Source: Gammaproteobacteria bacterium (GTDB taxonomy: Bacteria; Pseudomonadota; Gammaproteobacteria; Poriferisulfidales; Oxydemutatoraceae). From it: a DNA stretch of 64,000 bases. Every line of letters begins with the position of its first letter. Position 1 is the stretch's first letter. The notes beneath the pieces were generated by a model. The model saw nothing but the letters and a program-made list of their open reading frames with translations. It ran no database searches and was not told the DNA's origin. Where the stretch lies: assembly GCA_028817225.1 (NCBI GenBank), contig JAPPQC010000011.1, forward strand, positions 65,098 to 129,097, in the 5' to 3' direction. This document shows, one piece after another, positions 44,723 to 57,777 of the stretch. The position numbers and the translations under genes were made by a program.

Positions 44723-45661
44723 TCAATCCATGAAAAGGCTGCTGATGGACTGTTCGCGGTTGACGCGCTGCATGGCCTGCGCCAGCATCGGCGCGATGCT
44801 GATCTGGCGGATGCGCGGGCACGCCGCCGCCTCCGGCGACAGCGGTATCGTGTCGGTGACGATCAGTTCGTCGAGCGCCGAGGCGGCAATCCGCCCGACC
44901 GCGCCGCCCGACAGCACCGGGTGCGTCGCATAGGCCAGCACCTTGCCGGCGCCCTGCCCTTTCAGCGCCGTCGCCGCCTCGCACAGGGTGCCGGCGGTGT
45001 CCACGATGTCGTCAATGATGACGCACGCCTTGCCGCCGACATCGCCGATGATGTTCATGACCTCGCTTTCGTTCGGCTGCGGGCGGCGCTTGTCTATGAT
45101 GGCGAGGTCGGCGTCGTCGAGGCGCTTGGCGAGCGCCCGCGCCCTGACAACGCCGCCGACATCGGGCGACACGACGATGGTGTTGCGGCAGTCGCCGGCG
45201 CGGATGTCGTCGAGCAGCACCGGCGAGGCGTAGAGGTTGTCCACCGGCAGGTCAAAGAACCCCTGCACCTGGTCGGAGTGCAGGTCCACAATCAGCACGC
45301 GGTTGGCCTGCACGCTGCTGACGATGTTGGCGACGACCTTGGCCGAAATCGGCACCCGCGCATAGTGCGCGCGCCGGTCCTGGCGGCCATAGCCGAAGTA
45401 GGGAATCACCGCGGTAATGCGCCCCGCCGACGCGCGGTGCAGCGCATCAATCATAATCAGCAGTTCCATCAGGTTGTCGCTGCCGGGCGCGCAGGTCGGC
45501 TGCACGATGAACACATCGCGGCCACGGACATTCTCGTGTATCTCGACGCGCACCTCGCCGTCGCTGAAACGGCCGACGGTGGCCTTGCCGAGTTCCAGGC
45601 CGATGTGCGCGGCGACTTTCGCGGCCAGCGCCCGGTTGGCGCTGCCGGTGAACACCGACAT
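44723..45661 (-). CDS. prs: ribose-phosphate pyrophosphokinase
   Basis: [21 protein letters not shown]...[12 protein letters not shown]...PRPP-binding DIVDTAGT. The ORF runs to 45682. Confidence 0.9.
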   Translation of the reverse strand: MSVFTGSANRALAAKVAAHIGLELGKATVGRFSDGEVRVEIHENVRGRDVFIVQPTCAPGSDNLMELLIMIDALHRASAGRITAVIPYFGYGRQDRRAHYARVPISAKVVANIVSSVQANRVLIVDLHSDQVQGFFDLPVDNLYASPVLLDDIRAGDCRNTIVVSPDVGGVVRARALAKRLDDADLAIIDKRRPQPNESEVMNIIGDVGGKACVIIDDIVDTAGTLCEAATALKGQGAGKVLAYATHPVLSGGAVGRIAASALDELIVTDTIPLSPEAAACPRIRQISIAPMLAQAMQRVNREQSISSLFMD

Positions 45662-45716
45662 CGTCGCTTCGTGGGAATTCATCGCTGCAACTGTCGCGGG
45701 CCGTTTTTCGGGAAAC

Positions 45717-45791
45717 TGGCTGGGCCGGCAGGATTCGAACCTGCGAATGCCGGGATCAAAACCCGGTGCCTTACCACTTGGCGACGGCCCA
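45717..45791 (-). tRNA. tRNA-Gln (TTG)
   Basis: Reverse complement TGGGCCGTCGCCAAGTGGTAAGGCACCGGGTTTTGATCCCGGCATTCGCAGGTTCGAATCCTGCCGGCCCAGCCA. Confidence 0.8.
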
Positions 45792-45802
45792 ACCCACCGG
45801 AA

Positions 45803-46861
45803 TTATAACGCCTCGCCGCCCTTTTCATGCAAACGGGCGGGCGCGGGCTTGTCGGCGTCTTCGTGCAAGCCGGCGGGCGCGGCCTCGTCGGCGGCCTCGT
45901 GCAAGCCGGCGGGCGCGGCCTCGTCGGCGGCTTCGTGCAGACCGTCGGGCACGGCCTTGTCGGCGTCTTCGTGCAGACCGGCGGGCGCGGCCTCGTCGGC
46001 GGCCTCGCGCAGACACCGGTGCAGCGGCGATTCGGCGACGCCGCGCGCGACAAAACCGCCGAGGCCGGCGGGGTTGCCGCGAACCGCCTCTTCGGCGCCG
46101 CGCTTGCCGTCAAACGCGGCGAAGAAGGCCGAGCCGGAGCCGGTCAGGCGCGGCGCGCCGACGCCGCGCCCGTCAAGCCACGCAAGGCCCTGCGCGATTT
46201 CGGGGCGGCGGCGCGCGGCGATTTCCTGAAAGGCGTTGACCGTCCCGCCGTTGCGGTAATCGCGCATCGTAACCCGCGGAAAGTCGCGGCGCAGGTCGGG
46301 CGCCTGAAACATCTCGCGGGTCGAGAGCGGCGCGGCGGGCGCCAGCACCGCATACCACCGCCGCGGCAGGTGCACCGGGCGCAGATGGTTGCCGGCGCCT
46401 TCCGCCCACGCGCTGCGCCCGTTGACGAAAACCGGCACATCGGCGCCGAGGCGCGCGGCGAGGCGCAGCAGGTCAACGAGCGCGAGGCGGCAGCCCCACA
46501 GGCGGTTCAGCGCCAGCAGCACCGTCGCCGCGTCCGAACTGCCGCCGCCGAGACCGGCGCCGACCGGAATGCGCTTGGCGATGGTGATGTTGGCGCCGCC
46601 CGGCGCTTCGGTTTCGGCCTTCAGCAACAGCGCCGCCTTCAGCGCGAGGTTGTCGTCGCACGCAATCTCCGGCGCGTCGGCGCACGCCACGCGCACATCG
46701 CCGCGCCGGTGGGCGACGATGGAGATTTCATCGCCGTAGTCGAGCAGTTGAAACAGCGTTTGCAGGTTGTGGCGCCCGTTGTCGCGGCGCCCGGTGATGT
46801 GCAGAAAGAGATTCAGTTTGGCGGGCGCCGGCCACCGGGTTTCGCCCGGCGTCGCCGTCAC
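45803..46861 (-). CDS. ispE: 4-diphosphocytidyl-2-C-methyl-D-erythritol kinase with about 65-aa C-terminal tandem-repeat extension
   Basis: GTG start gives (M)TATPGETRWPAPAKLNLFLHITGRRDNGRHNLQTLFQLLDYGD... GHMP kinase motif PVGAGLGGGSSDAA. Tail EAADEAAPAGLH x about 5. Confidence 0.8.
   Translation of the reverse strand: MTATPGETRWPAPAKLNLFLHITGRRDNGRHNLQTLFQLLDYGDEISIVAHRRGDVRVACADAPEIACDDNLALKAALLLKAETEAPGGANITIAKRIPVGAGLGGGSSDAATVLLALNRLWGCRLALVDLLRLAARLGADVPVFVNGRSAWAEGAGNHLRPVHLPRRWYAVLAPAAPLSTREMFQAPDLRRDFPRVTMRDYRNGGTVNAFQEIAARRRPEIAQGLAWLDGRGVGAPRLTGSGSAFFAAFDGKRGAEEAVRGNPAGLGGFVARGVAESPLHRCLREAADEAAPAGLHEDADKAVPDGLHEAADEAAPAGLHEAADEAAPAGLHEDADKPAPARLHEKGGEAL
45835..46012 (-). repeat. 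in-frame 36-nt tandem repeat, about 5 copies, at the 3' end of ispE
   Basis: Plus strand GGGCGCGGCCTCGTCGGCGGCCTCGTGCAAGCCGGC and variants. Encodes the (E/D)A(A/D)(D/K)(E/A)(A/V)P(A/D)GLH repeat. Confidence 0.7.
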
Positions 46862-46928
46862 CGCGCCCTGTCCCGCACAACGCCGCTCCGCATTCCCGGC
46901 GTGTGTCCCGGCCGCCAGGCCATCGCCG

Positions 46929-47660
46929 TCACTGCGGCTTGTCCCGCACGACGCCGCTCCACGACGCAATCGAGATGGAGATGGTGGTGTCGGCGGCGGC
47001 GCCGTTGCCGTCTTGCAGCCGCGACAGGCCGATTTTCTCGGGCAGGTCGTGCAGCACATTCCAGCCGGTGTAGCGCACACGCCAGCCGTCCTGGCTGAAC
47101 GACAGCGTGCGTCCGCTGTCCACATGCGCCTCGCCGGGGCGCGCGCCGTACGCGGGCGCGCCCGCCATCCAGTAGCGCAGGTTGCCGACCGGCACATCGG
47201 TGTACAACAGACTGCTGATCAATTCCTCCGGCGTCGCGGCTTCGGTGCGCCGCCCCGACGCGCCGGTCGCCGCCGCGACGCCGCCGAATTCGCCGTTGAT
47301 GACCATCAGCGTGCCGCCGAGCAGACTGGACAGGCGGATGTCAAAATGCCGTCCGTTCTGCTGCCAGTCAAACTGCCCGCGCCAGCCGGAACCGCTGCGG
47401 CGCACCGCGATGCGCCCGCGCGCGCGCCACGACCGCAGGTTGTCGGCCTGCACGCGCTGCGCCAGCAGGTATTCAATGGACGCCTCGGTGGAGTCTTCCA
47501 CCACCGGCAACTGACGGGCGCAGCCCGCGCACGCCAGCACGGATGCAAGGGCGCACGCCAGCGCGCCCGGTGAAAAAAGCCGCCGTTGCGGTGTTTGTGA
47601 GTGTGGTTGGTTCATGTCATCGGGGATTATAGGGGAAACCGGCGCGCGCGGCATGGCCAT
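46929..47660 (-). CDS. lolB: outer membrane lipoprotein LolB
   Basis: Lipobox LASVLACAGCARQ. Position between ispE and the TPR gene as in Pseudomonas. Start may be the internal MNQPHSQ at 47615. Confidence 0.7.
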   Translation of the reverse strand: MAMPRAPVSPIIPDDMNQPHSQTPQRRLFSPGALACALASVLACAGCARQLPVVEDSTEASIEYLLAQRVQADNLRSWRARGRIAVRRSGSGWRGQFDWQQNGRHFDIRLSSLLGGTLMVINGEFGGVAAATGASGRRTEAATPEELISSLLYTDVPVGNLRYWMAGAPAYGARPGEAHVDSGRTLSFSQDGWRVRYTGWNVLHDLPEKIGLSRLQDGNGAAADTTISISIASWSGVVRDKPQ

Positions 47661-49391
47661 TCACTGCACAACTTCCTTCTTCAACTCGCGCAGGCGGCCC
47701 AGATATTCATCATCCGGAAACTCGCGCAGCGCCTCGTCCAGCACGCGCAGCGCGCGCTCGCGTTCTTCGCCCAGCCACAACACCTCGACCAGATGCCCCA
47801 TCACTTCCGGGTGGTGTTCGCGCTGCGCCGCTCTTTGCAGGAAATCCCTCGCGGCGGCGAGGTTGTTCAGCCGGAACTCGACCCAGCCCATGCTGTCGAG
47901 CACGATGCCGCTGTCCGGTTTCAGCCGGTGCGCGCGGCGGATGTATTCGCGCGCCTCGTGCAGGCGGATGTTGCGGTCGGCCAGCACATAGCCGAGCGCG
48001 TTCAGCGCGCGCCAGTTCACCGGGTCTCGTTCAATGATGTTTCTCAGGTCGCCCTCAAAGACATTGAAGCGGTCCATGGACAGCGCCAGCATCGCCCGCG
48101 AGTACAGCAAATCCGGCGAATCGGGGTGCGCGGCGAGCGCCTGCGTATAGACCTCAAGCGCGTCGGCCTTGCGCTGCGCCCTGTCCAGCGTCTCGGCCTC
48201 GGCGATGGCCAGCGCAATCAGCGCGTGCGGATGGGCGGCGCGCTCCTTCGCGGCGGCGAGTTGCGCCAGCGCGGTGTCGGTGCGCCCGCGCCGCTGCCAG
48301 ATGCGCGCCTCGCCGATGCGCGCCTCGTGGTGCAGAATGCCGGCGGTGACGGCGCCGTAGTATTCCAGCGCCTTGTCGAAGTTCTCCTCGGCCTCGGCGA
48401 CGCGCCCCAGGTAATACGCCGAACGCGAACGCTCGGCCTCCAGTTCACCGAGGCGGCGGAACAGCCCGCGCGCGTCCTCGTGCCTGCCGTGCTGCAAATC
48501 AAGCACGCCGAGCGCGCGGATGACATCGGGGTCGTCCGGCGCCAGCCGCCGCGCCTTCTTGTACAAATCGTAGGCGACGCGGGTTTGTTCCTCCTTCCAG
48601 TGCGCCGCCGCCGCCTTCAGCAGCAGCGGGCGGTCGCCGGGGTGCAGTTGCGCGGCGCGGCGCAGCAGCGCCAGCGCCTCGGCCATGCGCCCGAGCGCGA
48701 ACAGCGCGTCGGCCTTCAGGCGCCAGGCGCGCGTCATCGCCGGCTCCAGTTCCAGCGCGCGCTCCGCCGACGCGATGCTGTCTTCGTTGCGCCCGTGATG
48801 GTAGGCGACCAGCGCGTGCAGCAGGTGCACCGGGGCGTTGCGCGGAAACCGCTGGCGCAGTTCGTCGGCGTGGCGCAGGCTCGACTCGACGGCGACGCGC
48901 CCCAGCAGCGGAATCGAATAGCCCGGCGCCAGCAGTTGCTGGTCGCGGCGAACGCTGAACTCAAGGTGCGGCAGCGCGTCGCGGTAGCGCCCCAGTTTCA
49001 GGTAGATGAGAAACAGCGCCTGGTTCAGTTGCAGGTTGTCCGGCTCGGCGCGGCGCCAGCGTTCGGCGAGCGCGGCGGCCTTGTCGTAGTGGTTGTGCTG
49101 CACCGCGATTGCGATGGCGGCGCGGAACAGGCGCGGGTCGCCGCTCAGTTTCAGCGCCTCGCCGTAGTGTTTCAGCGCCTCCTCGATGCGGTTGTTGCGA
49201 AGAAGAATGTCGCCGGCCAGGAACTGATAGACGCCGGCGGACAGTTCGCGCGTGTCGCGGTCGGGGCGAATGTCGAGCGCCGGGTACTGCGACAGCGAGC
49301 AGCCGGCGGCGAACAGGCACAGCGCGGCGGCGCCCGCGCCGCGCGCCGGCGCCGGTGTCTGCGTTGATGCCTGTTTCAGTAAGCGTTTCAT
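47661..49391 (-). CDS. tetratricopeptide-repeat lipoprotein
   Basis: 576 aa with signal and lipobox LFAAGCSL plus multiple TPR-like repeats. Divergent from hemA, as for the Pseudomonas TPR gene upstream of lolB. Confidence 0.75.
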   Translation of the reverse strand: MKRLLKQASTQTPAPARGAGAAALCLFAAGCSLSQYPALDIRPDRDTRELSAGVYQFLAGDILLRNNRIEEALKHYGEALKLSGDPRLFRAAIAIAVQHNHYDKAAALAERWRRAEPDNLQLNQALFLIYLKLGRYRDALPHLEFSVRRDQQLLAPGYSIPLLGRVAVESSLRHADELRQRFPRNAPVHLLHALVAYHHGRNEDSIASAERALELEPAMTRAWRLKADALFALGRMAEALALLRRAAQLHPGDRPLLLKAAAAHWKEEQTRVAYDLYKKARRLAPDDPDVIRALGVLDLQHGRHEDARGLFRRLGELEAERSRSAYYLGRVAEAEENFDKALEYYGAVTAGILHHEARIGEARIWQRRGRTDTALAQLAAAKERAAHPHALIALAIAEAETLDRAQRKADALEVYTQALAAHPDSPDLLYSRAMLALSMDRFNVFEGDLRNIIERDPVNWRALNALGYVLADRNIRLHEAREYIRRAHRLKPDSGIVLDSMGWVEFRLNNLAAARDFLQRAAQREHHPEVMGHLVEVLWLGEERERALRVLDEALREFPDDEYLGRLRELKKEVVQ

Positions 49392-49447
49392 TGAAAAGCG
49401 CGCCGTGCGGCCATTATGCGGCTATTATTACACGGATGAATGCACCG

Positions 49448-50719
49448 ATGACGCTGTTCGCCATTGGCCTGAACCACCGCAGCGCGCCGCTTGAGGTGCG
49501 CGAGAAAGTCGCGCTGCCGGAAAGCGCCGTCGGCGGCGCGCTGGCCGACCTGCGCCGCGAAACCGCGCTGGCGCAGGCCGTGATCGTCTCCACCTGCAAC
49601 CGCCTGGAAATCTACGCGGCGGCGCGGCGGCGCGATTGCGGCGCCGAGGTCGCGGCGTGGCTTTGCGGCCACCGCGGGCTGGCCGCGGGCGAACTCGACG
49701 GCCACCTGTTCACGCTGCACGACGCCGCCGCCGCGCGCCACCTGCTGCGCGTCGCCAGCGGGCTTGAATCGGTCATCGTCGGCGAGCCGCAGGTGCTGGG
49801 GCAGGTCAAGTCCGCCTACCGCGCGGCGCTTGAAGGCGGCCACAGCGGCGAACTGCTGGGGCGGCTGTTTGAACACGCCATCTCAACCGCCAAACGGGCG
49901 CGTTCGGAGACCGGCCTCGGGCGGCATCCGGTGTCGTATGCGTCGGTCGCGGTGGATGTGGCGCGAAAAATCTTCGGCGACCTCTCGGCCCGGCACGCGC
50001 TGATGATCGGCGCCGGCGACATGATAGAACTGACGATGCGCCACCTGAAAAGCCACGGCATCGGGTCGCTCGCCGTCGCCAACCGCTCGCCGGAAAACGC
50101 GCGCAGGCTGGCCGCCGAACACGGCGCCGAAACCGTCGCCTTCGGCGAAATCGCCGACGCGCTGCCGCGCTGCGACATTCTTGTCAGTTCAACGGCGGGC
50201 GATCGCGTTATCGTCGGCAGGGCCGACATCGAGCGCGCGCTGAAAACGCGCAAGCGCCGCCCCGTCTGCATCGTGGATCTGGCGCTGCCGCGCGACATTG
50301 ACCCCGCCGCCGCCGAACTCGAGGATGTGTATTTGTACACGCTCGACAATCTCGCCGAAATCGCCGGCGTCAACCGGCGCAACCGGCTGCACGAGGCCGA
50401 CAAGGCCGGGCGGATTGTCGAGGAGCACCTGGCCGGGTTCATCCGCTGGCTGAACACGCGGCAGGCGGGCGACCTGGTGCGGCGCCTGCGGGCGCTGGCC
50501 GAGGGCCACCGCGACGACGCTCTCGACAAGGCGCTGCAACTGCTGAAACAGGGCAAAAGCCCCGACGAGGCGCTGCGCCACCTGGCGCACACGCTGACCG
50601 GCAAACTGACGCACCACCCGACCGACATCATCAACAAGGCCGCCGGCGACAACGACCGGGCGCTGCTTGAGGCGGCGAAAAAACTCTTTGACCTCGGCGA
50701 CGGCGGTGACAAGCCGTGA
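49448..50719 (+). CDS. hemA: glutamyl-tRNA reductase
   Basis: MTLFAIGLNHRSAPLEVREKVAL...VSTCNRLEIY... An alternative ATG lies 12 nt upstream (MNAPMTL). Confidence 0.9.
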   Translation: MTLFAIGLNHRSAPLEVREKVALPESAVGGALADLRRETALAQAVIVSTCNRLEIYAAARRRDCGAEVAAWLCGHRGLAAGELDGHLFTLHDAAAARHLLRVASGLESVIVGEPQVLGQVKSAYRAALEGGHSGELLGRLFEHAISTAKRARSETGLGRHPVSYASVAVDVARKIFGDLSARHALMIGAGDMIELTMRHLKSHGIGSLAVANRSPENARRLAAEHGAETVAFGEIADALPRCDILVSSTAGDRVIVGRADIERALKTRKRRPVCIVDLALPRDIDPAAAELEDVYLYTLDNLAEIAGVNRRNRLHEADKAGRIVEEHLAGFIRWLNTRQAGDLVRRLRALAEGHRDDALDKALQLLKQGKSPDEALRHLAHTLTGKLTHHPTDIINKAAGDNDRALLEAAKKLFDLGDGGDKP

Positions 50720-50798
50720 ACGACTTGATGCCGCAAACCGCGCCCGAATGCAGCCGCCTGCGGCGGGCCGCATTGTGTGACAAACCGTGAACGAATCC

Positions 50799-51871
<1,073 letters not shown>

Positions 51872-51875
<4 letters not shown>

Positions 51876-52843
51876 AAGAATTGCAAGATGTGTGCGTGGC
51901 GCATGAACGGGGCGAGAAACGGCAGATGACAGAGCGCCAGGACGTGCGCGTGGCGCATGACCCGGACGGGGAACGGCAAATGAACGGCGCCGCACCGCCG
52001 CGCCTGGCGGGCCGGACGCTGGACGGCGCGCGGCGCGAATTGCGCGCGTGGCTTGGCGTGCGCGGCAAGGGTGACGAGACCGACTATCTCGTGTGTCACG
52101 CGCTTGGCAAGAACCGCGCATGGCTTTACGCGAACGGGCACCGGCGCCTGGAACCGGACAGTGAACAGCATCTGCGCGACATCGTTGCACGGCGCGCGCG
52201 CGGCGTGCCGTTCGCCTACCTGACCGGCGTGCGCGAGTTTTATTCGCTGGACTTTGAGGTCGGCCCGGCGGTGCTGGTGCCGCGCCCGGAAACCGAAGTG
52301 CTGGTCGAGTGCGCGCTGGACGGTCTGCCGCGCGGCGCGCAGGTGCTCGACCTCGGCACCGGCTGCGGCAATCTCATCATCGCCATCGCCCACACGCGCC
52401 GCGATGTGCGCGCAACCGCCACCGATGCATCACGCGAGGCGCTCGCCGTCGCGCGCCGCAACGCCGCGCGCCACGGCCTGCACAACATCCGGTTTTTGGA
52501 AAGCGACTGGTTCGGCAATGTGGACGGGCGCTTTGACCTGATCGTCGGCAACCCGCCCTACATCGGCGACAACGACCCGCAACTGGACGACGAAGTCGCC
52601 GCGCACGAACCCGGCGCGGCGCTGTTCGCGGGCGGCGACGGCCTCGCCCATCTGCGCCGAATCACCGCGCACGCACGCAATCACCTGAAACCCGGCGGAC
52701 GCCTGATTGTCGAACACGCGCCGATGCAGGACGCCGCAGTGCGCGCAATGATGCACGCGGCGGGCTTCGCACCGGTGCACAGCGCACGCGACGCCGCCGG
52801 CAGACCGCGCGCGTGCATCGGCGCCGGCGCGCGCCCAGGCTAA
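51872..52843 (+). CDS. prmC: release factor glutamine N5-methyltransferase PrmC/HemK
   Basis: [16 protein letters not shown]...GNPPY motif. ATG overlaps the prfA stop (ATGA). The homolog-aligned N-terminus starts near MNGAAPP at 51980, so the first 36 codons (containing a 2x about 45-nt direct repeat) may be 5' UTR instead. Confidence 0.85.
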
Positions 52844-52932
52844 GAGCAGCACGCTCAGGCGCCGTTGTGCGCCCAGGCCGGGCGGCGCTGCGGTCAGGCG
52901 TCAGCGCGCGCCCAGGCCGGGCGGCGGCGTGT

Positions 52933-53268
52933 TCAGTTGTGCCGCAGCAGCAGGCCGGCGCCGAGCGTCAGGCCCATCACGAGGAAGAAATCAATCACTT
53001 CCCAGACGATGCTGGCGGCCACGCCGACGACGATGAACTGAATCACGACCGCCGCGCCGAGCACGCCAAACAGCGCGCCGACGACCTTGCACCCGGTTTC
53101 CGTGTCGTTCCAGAAAGCGAGCACGCCTAAAATACAGGCGACGACGGCCAGTACATCAATGTACGGCCACAATGTGGACGAAAATGAAAAATCCTGCGTC
53201 CAGTTCAGCAGCACCGCCGCGGCGGCGGCCAGCATCACATAAGGGGTTGCTTTTGTAATCATCATCAT
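52933..53268 (-). CDS. hypothetical small membrane protein (111 aa, 3–4 TM)
   Basis: GGGAGG SD then ATGATGATG. MMMITKATPYVMLAAAAAVLLNW... The ORF-track entry extends further upstream as an Arg-rich artefact. Confidence 0.5.
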   Translation of the reverse strand: MMMITKATPYVMLAAAAAVLLNWTQDFSFSSTLWPYIDVLAVVACILGVLAFWNDTETGCKVVGALFGVLGAAVVIQFIVVGVAASIVWEVIDFFLVMGLTLGAGLLLRHN

Positions 53269-53330
53269 GTCCTCCCTGGTCAGGTTGCCCTTTGAGGATA
53301 CCGCAACCGCCGCGCAAAAAACACCGGAAA

Positions 53331-54785
53331 CTAACCGGCCTTTTCCTGCCTTTCCAGCCTTTCTTTCAGCAGGCGGTTGACCTCGCCGGGGTTGGCGCGG
53401 CCCTGTGTCGCCTTCATGACCTGGCCGACGAAATAGCCGAACACCTTTTCCTTGCCGGCGCGGTACTGTGCGACCTGCTTTTCGCTGTTTGCAATCACTT
53501 CGGCGATGATGGCGGCGAGTTCGCCGGTGTCGCTGATTTGCGCGAGGCCCTTGTCGGCGATGACCTCGTCGGCGCCGGCGCCGGTGCGCCACATCTCGTC
53601 GAACACCTCGCGCGCGATGTTGCCCGACAGCGTGCCGTCTTCAATGCGGTCGAGCAAGGCGGCGAGGCGCGGCGCGCCGAGCGGGCAGTCGGCGATGCCG
53701 GTTCCGGTCTGGTTCAACGCCGCGCTCAGCGCGCCGGTTATCCAGTTGGCGGCGAGGCGCGGGCCGCCGGCGCCGGCGCCGGCGCAGTCTTCAAAGTAGG
53801 CGGCCATCTCCGGCGACGCCGTCAACTGAACGGCGTCGGCTTCCGACAGGCCGTAGTCGCGCACAAAGCGCTCGCGCATCTGTTCCTGCAATTCCGGCAG
53901 CGCGGCGCGCACCTGCTCCACCAGCGACGGCGGAATCGCCACCGGCAGCAGGTCGGGGTCGGGGAAGTAGCGGTAGTCCTCGGCCTCTTCCTTGCCGCGC
54001 ATCGGGCGCGTCTCGTCGCGGTCGGGGTCGTAGAGGCGCGTTTCCTGCGCCACTTCGCCGCCGGATTCCAGCACCGCCGCCTGGCGCTTGATCTCGAAGC
54101 GTATCGCGCGCTCGACAAAGCGGAACGAGTTGAGGTTCTTGATTTCGGCGCGCACGCCGAGGCGCTCGGCGCCCGCCGGCTTCAGCGACACATTGACATC
54201 GCAGCGCAGCGAACCCTCCTGCATGTTGCCGTCGCAAATGCCGAGAAAGCAGCCGATGGAATGAATCTTTTTCATGTACGCCACGGCCTCGCCGGCGCCG
54301 GCAAGGTGCGGGCGCGACACAATCTCCATCAGCGGCGTGCCGGCGCGGTTCAGGTCCACGCCGGTCATGCCGTCCGCCGCGCCGTGCACCGACTTGCCGG
54401 CGTCCTCCTCCAGGTGGGCGCGCTCGATGCCGACGGTCTTGACGCCGCCGTCGTCCAGCGCGATTTCCAGCCGCCCGTCCTCGACAATCGGCGATTCATA
54501 CTGGCTGATCTGGTAGCCCTTCGGCAGGTCGGGGTAGAAATAATTCTTGCGCGCAAACACCGACCGCTCGGCGATGCGCGCGTTGATGACGAGGCCGAAG
54601 GCGACGGCCATTTTCAGCACGCCGCCGTTCAGCATCGGCAGCACGCCGGGCAGCGCGATGTCCACCGCGCAGGCGCGGGTGTTCGGCGCGCCGCCGTACG
54701 CCGACGGCGCGCCCGAGAACATCTTGCTTGCGGTCTTCAGCCGCATGTGCAGTTCCAGGCCGATGACCGGCTGCCAGCGCGTCAT
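53331..54785 (-). CDS. gatB: Asp-tRNA(Asn)/Glu-tRNA(Gln) amidotransferase subunit B
   Basis: [25 protein letters not shown]... GatB/GatE domain plus C-terminal YqeY-like domain. Confidence 0.9.
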   Translation of the reverse strand: MTRWQPVIGLELHMRLKTASKMFSGAPSAYGGAPNTRACAVDIALPGVLPMLNGGVLKMAVAFGLVINARIAERSVFARKNYFYPDLPKGYQISQYESPIVEDGRLEIALDDGGVKTVGIERAHLEEDAGKSVHGAADGMTGVDLNRAGTPLMEIVSRPHLAGAGEAVAYMKKIHSIGCFLGICDGNMQEGSLRCDVNVSLKPAGAERLGVRAEIKNLNSFRFVERAIRFEIKRQAAVLESGGEVAQETRLYDPDRDETRPMRGKEEAEDYRYFPDPDLLPVAIPPSLVEQVRAALPELQEQMRERFVRDYGLSEADAVQLTASPEMAAYFEDCAGAGAGGPRLAANWITGALSAALNQTGTGIADCPLGAPRLAALLDRIEDGTLSGNIAREVFDEMWRTGAGADEVIADKGLAQISDTGELAAIIAEVIANSEKQVAQYRAGKEKVFGYFVGQVMKATQGRANPGEVNRLLKERLERQEKAG

Positions 54786-56236
54786 GCAAAGCCCTCCGGC
54801 ACGCGGCGGTGCCAGTCGGTCTCGCGCTGGTAGCAGTGGCCGGCGCGGAACAAATCCTGCTCGCGGAAATGCGGCGCGATCATCTGCATGCCGACCGGCA
54901 GGCCGCCGGCGAAGCCCGCCGGCAGCGTCATGCCGGGCAGGCCGGCGAGATTGACGGCGATGGTATAGACATCGGACAGATACATCGTGACCGGGTCGCT
55001 GACTTTCTCGCCGAGTTTGAACGCCGTCGTCGGCGAGGTCGGCCCGACCAGCACATCGGCGCGCTCGAACGCGCGCGCGAAGTCATCGCGGATGCGGCGG
55101 CGCGCCTTCTGCGCCTTCAGGTAATAGGCGTCGTAGTAACCGGAAGACAATACATATGTGCCGACCAGCACGCGCCGCTTGACCTCGGCGCCGAAGCCCT
55201 CGGCGCGCGTGCGCGTGTAGAGGTCGTCGCAGTCCGCCGGCGCCTCGCAGCGGTGGCCGTAGCGCACGCCGTCGTAGCGCGCCAGATTGGACGAGCATTC
55301 CGCCGGCGCCAGGATGTAGTACGCGGGCGCCGACAGCGACATCGCCGGCAGCGACACCTCGACCGTCTCGCAGCCGAGTTGCCGCAGCACGCCGACGGCG
55401 CGCTCGATGACCGCGCCGATTTCCGGATTGAGGTCGGCGCCGAAATACTCGCGCGGCAGGCCGACGCGCAGGCCGCGGATGTCGGCGCCAACGGGCGGCG
55501 TGTAATCGGGAACCGGCTCGTCCATGCTGGTCGAGTCGCGCGGGTCGAAGCCGGCGATGGCTTGGAGCATCAGCGCGCAGTCGTCGGCGCCGGCGGCGAG
55601 CACGCCGGCCTGGTCGAGGCTGGAGGCGAAGGCGACCATGCCGTAGCGCGACACCCGCCCGTAGGTCGGCTTGATGCCGGTGATGCCGCACAGCGACGCC
55701 GGCTGGCGTATCGAGCCGCCGGTGTCGGTGCCGGTGGCGCACGGCGCGAGGCGCGCCGCCACCGCCGCCGCCGAGCCGCCGGACGAGCCGCCGGGAACGC
55801 GCGCGGCGTCCCACGGGTTGCACACCGCGCCGTAGAAACTGTTCTCGTTGGAAGAACCCATCGCGAACTCGTCCATGTTGGTCTTGCCGAGCATGACCAT
55901 GCCGGCGTCGTTCAGCCTTTCGCTGACGGCGGCGTCGTACGGCGACACGAAATTGGCCAGCATCGCCGACGCGCAGGTCGTCGCCACGCCCTCGGTGCAG
56001 AACAGGTCCTTGTGCGCGTAGGGTATGCCGGCCAGCGGGTGCGCGCCGCCGTCGCGCAGTTTGCGGTCGGCGGCGCGCGCGCTGTCCAGCGCGCGTTCGG
56101 CGGTGACGGTGATGAAGGCGTTGAGATCGCCGCCGCGGCTTTCAATTCTGTCGAGAAAAAAGCGCGTCAGTTCGACGCTGGAGAAATCCCCGTTGCGAAG
56201 CCCGCGCGACAAATCGCCCAGCGACCGGTTCAGCAT
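54782..56236 (-). CDS. gatA: Asp-tRNA(Asn)/Glu-tRNA(Gln) amidotransferase subunit A
   Basis: Amidase signature [13 protein letters not shown]...[13 protein letters not shown]. Confidence 0.9.
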   Translation of the reverse strand: MLNRSLGDLSRGLRNGDFSSVELTRFFLDRIESRGGDLNAFITVTAERALDSARAADRKLRDGGAHPLAGIPYAHKDLFCTEGVATTCASAMLANFVSPYDAAVSERLNDAGMVMLGKTNMDEFAMGSSNENSFYGAVCNPWDAARVPGGSSGGSAAAVAARLAPCATGTDTGGSIRQPASLCGITGIKPTYGRVSRYGMVAFASSLDQAGVLAAGADDCALMLQAIAGFDPRDSTSMDEPVPDYTPPVGADIRGLRVGLPREYFGADLNPEIGAVIERAVGVLRQLGCETVEVSLPAMSLSAPAYYILAPAECSSNLARYDGVRYGHRCEAPADCDDLYTRTRAEGFGAEVKRRVLVGTYVLSSGYYDAYYLKAQKARRRIRDDFARAFERADVLVGPTSPTTAFKLGEKVSDPVTMYLSDVYTIAVNLAGLPGMTLPAGFAGGLPVGMQMIAPHFREQDLFRAGHCYQRETDWHRRVPEGFA

Positions 56237-56242
56237 GGCGCC

Positions 56243-56524
56243 TCAGTCGAGCACTTTGGGAACGAGATAGAAGCCGTCGCGGGTGTGCGGCGCGATGTTC
56301 TGAAACGCCTCGCGCCGGTCGTCCTCGCTGACCTCGTCGGCGCGCAGCCGCTGCACCGCGTCGAGCGGGTGCGCCAGCGGCTCGACATCGCCGAGGCTGG
56401 CCGACTCAAGGCGCTCGACGAGGGCGAGAATGGCGGACAAGTCCCGGCCCAGACCCTCGACCTCGCCGGCGCCCACTTTCAGGCGCGCCAGCCGCGCGAG
56501 TTTGATGACTTCTTCAATGTTCAT
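56243..56524 (-). CDS. gatC: Asp-tRNA(Asn)/Glu-tRNA(Gln) amidotransferase subunit C
   Basis: MNIEEVIKLARLARLKVGAGEVEGLGRDLSAILALVERL... about 93 aa. The ORF runs to 56614. Confidence 0.85.
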   Translation of the reverse strand: MNIEEVIKLARLARLKVGAGEVEGLGRDLSAILALVERLESASLGDVEPLAHPLDAVQRLRADEVSEDDRREAFQNIAPHTRDGFYLVPKVLD

Positions 56525-56592
56525 GGCGGCGAAAAAACAGCCGGCGCCGGTTGCGAAATCCGGCGGACGCTGGTAGTATGCCACACGCCTGA

Positions 56593-57672
<1,080 letters not shown>

Positions 57673-57777
57673 GCCGGCGACGCGACCGGCGGGAAGCACA
57701 ACGCCATCAAGGAACTGTTTCGCCTTCGCAGCCTGTTTCCCAGGCTTGTTTTTTTCTCGGCGCTGGCCGCGGCGCTG

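Noticed and set aside
44077-46012. Tandem nucleotide repeats considered as possible CRISPR or VNTR arrays
   Set aside because: The repeats are contiguous, with no unique spacers of CRISPR-like size, and are in-frame within clear coding regions (the His-rich protein; the ispE tail). I saw no CRISPR array anywhere in the window.
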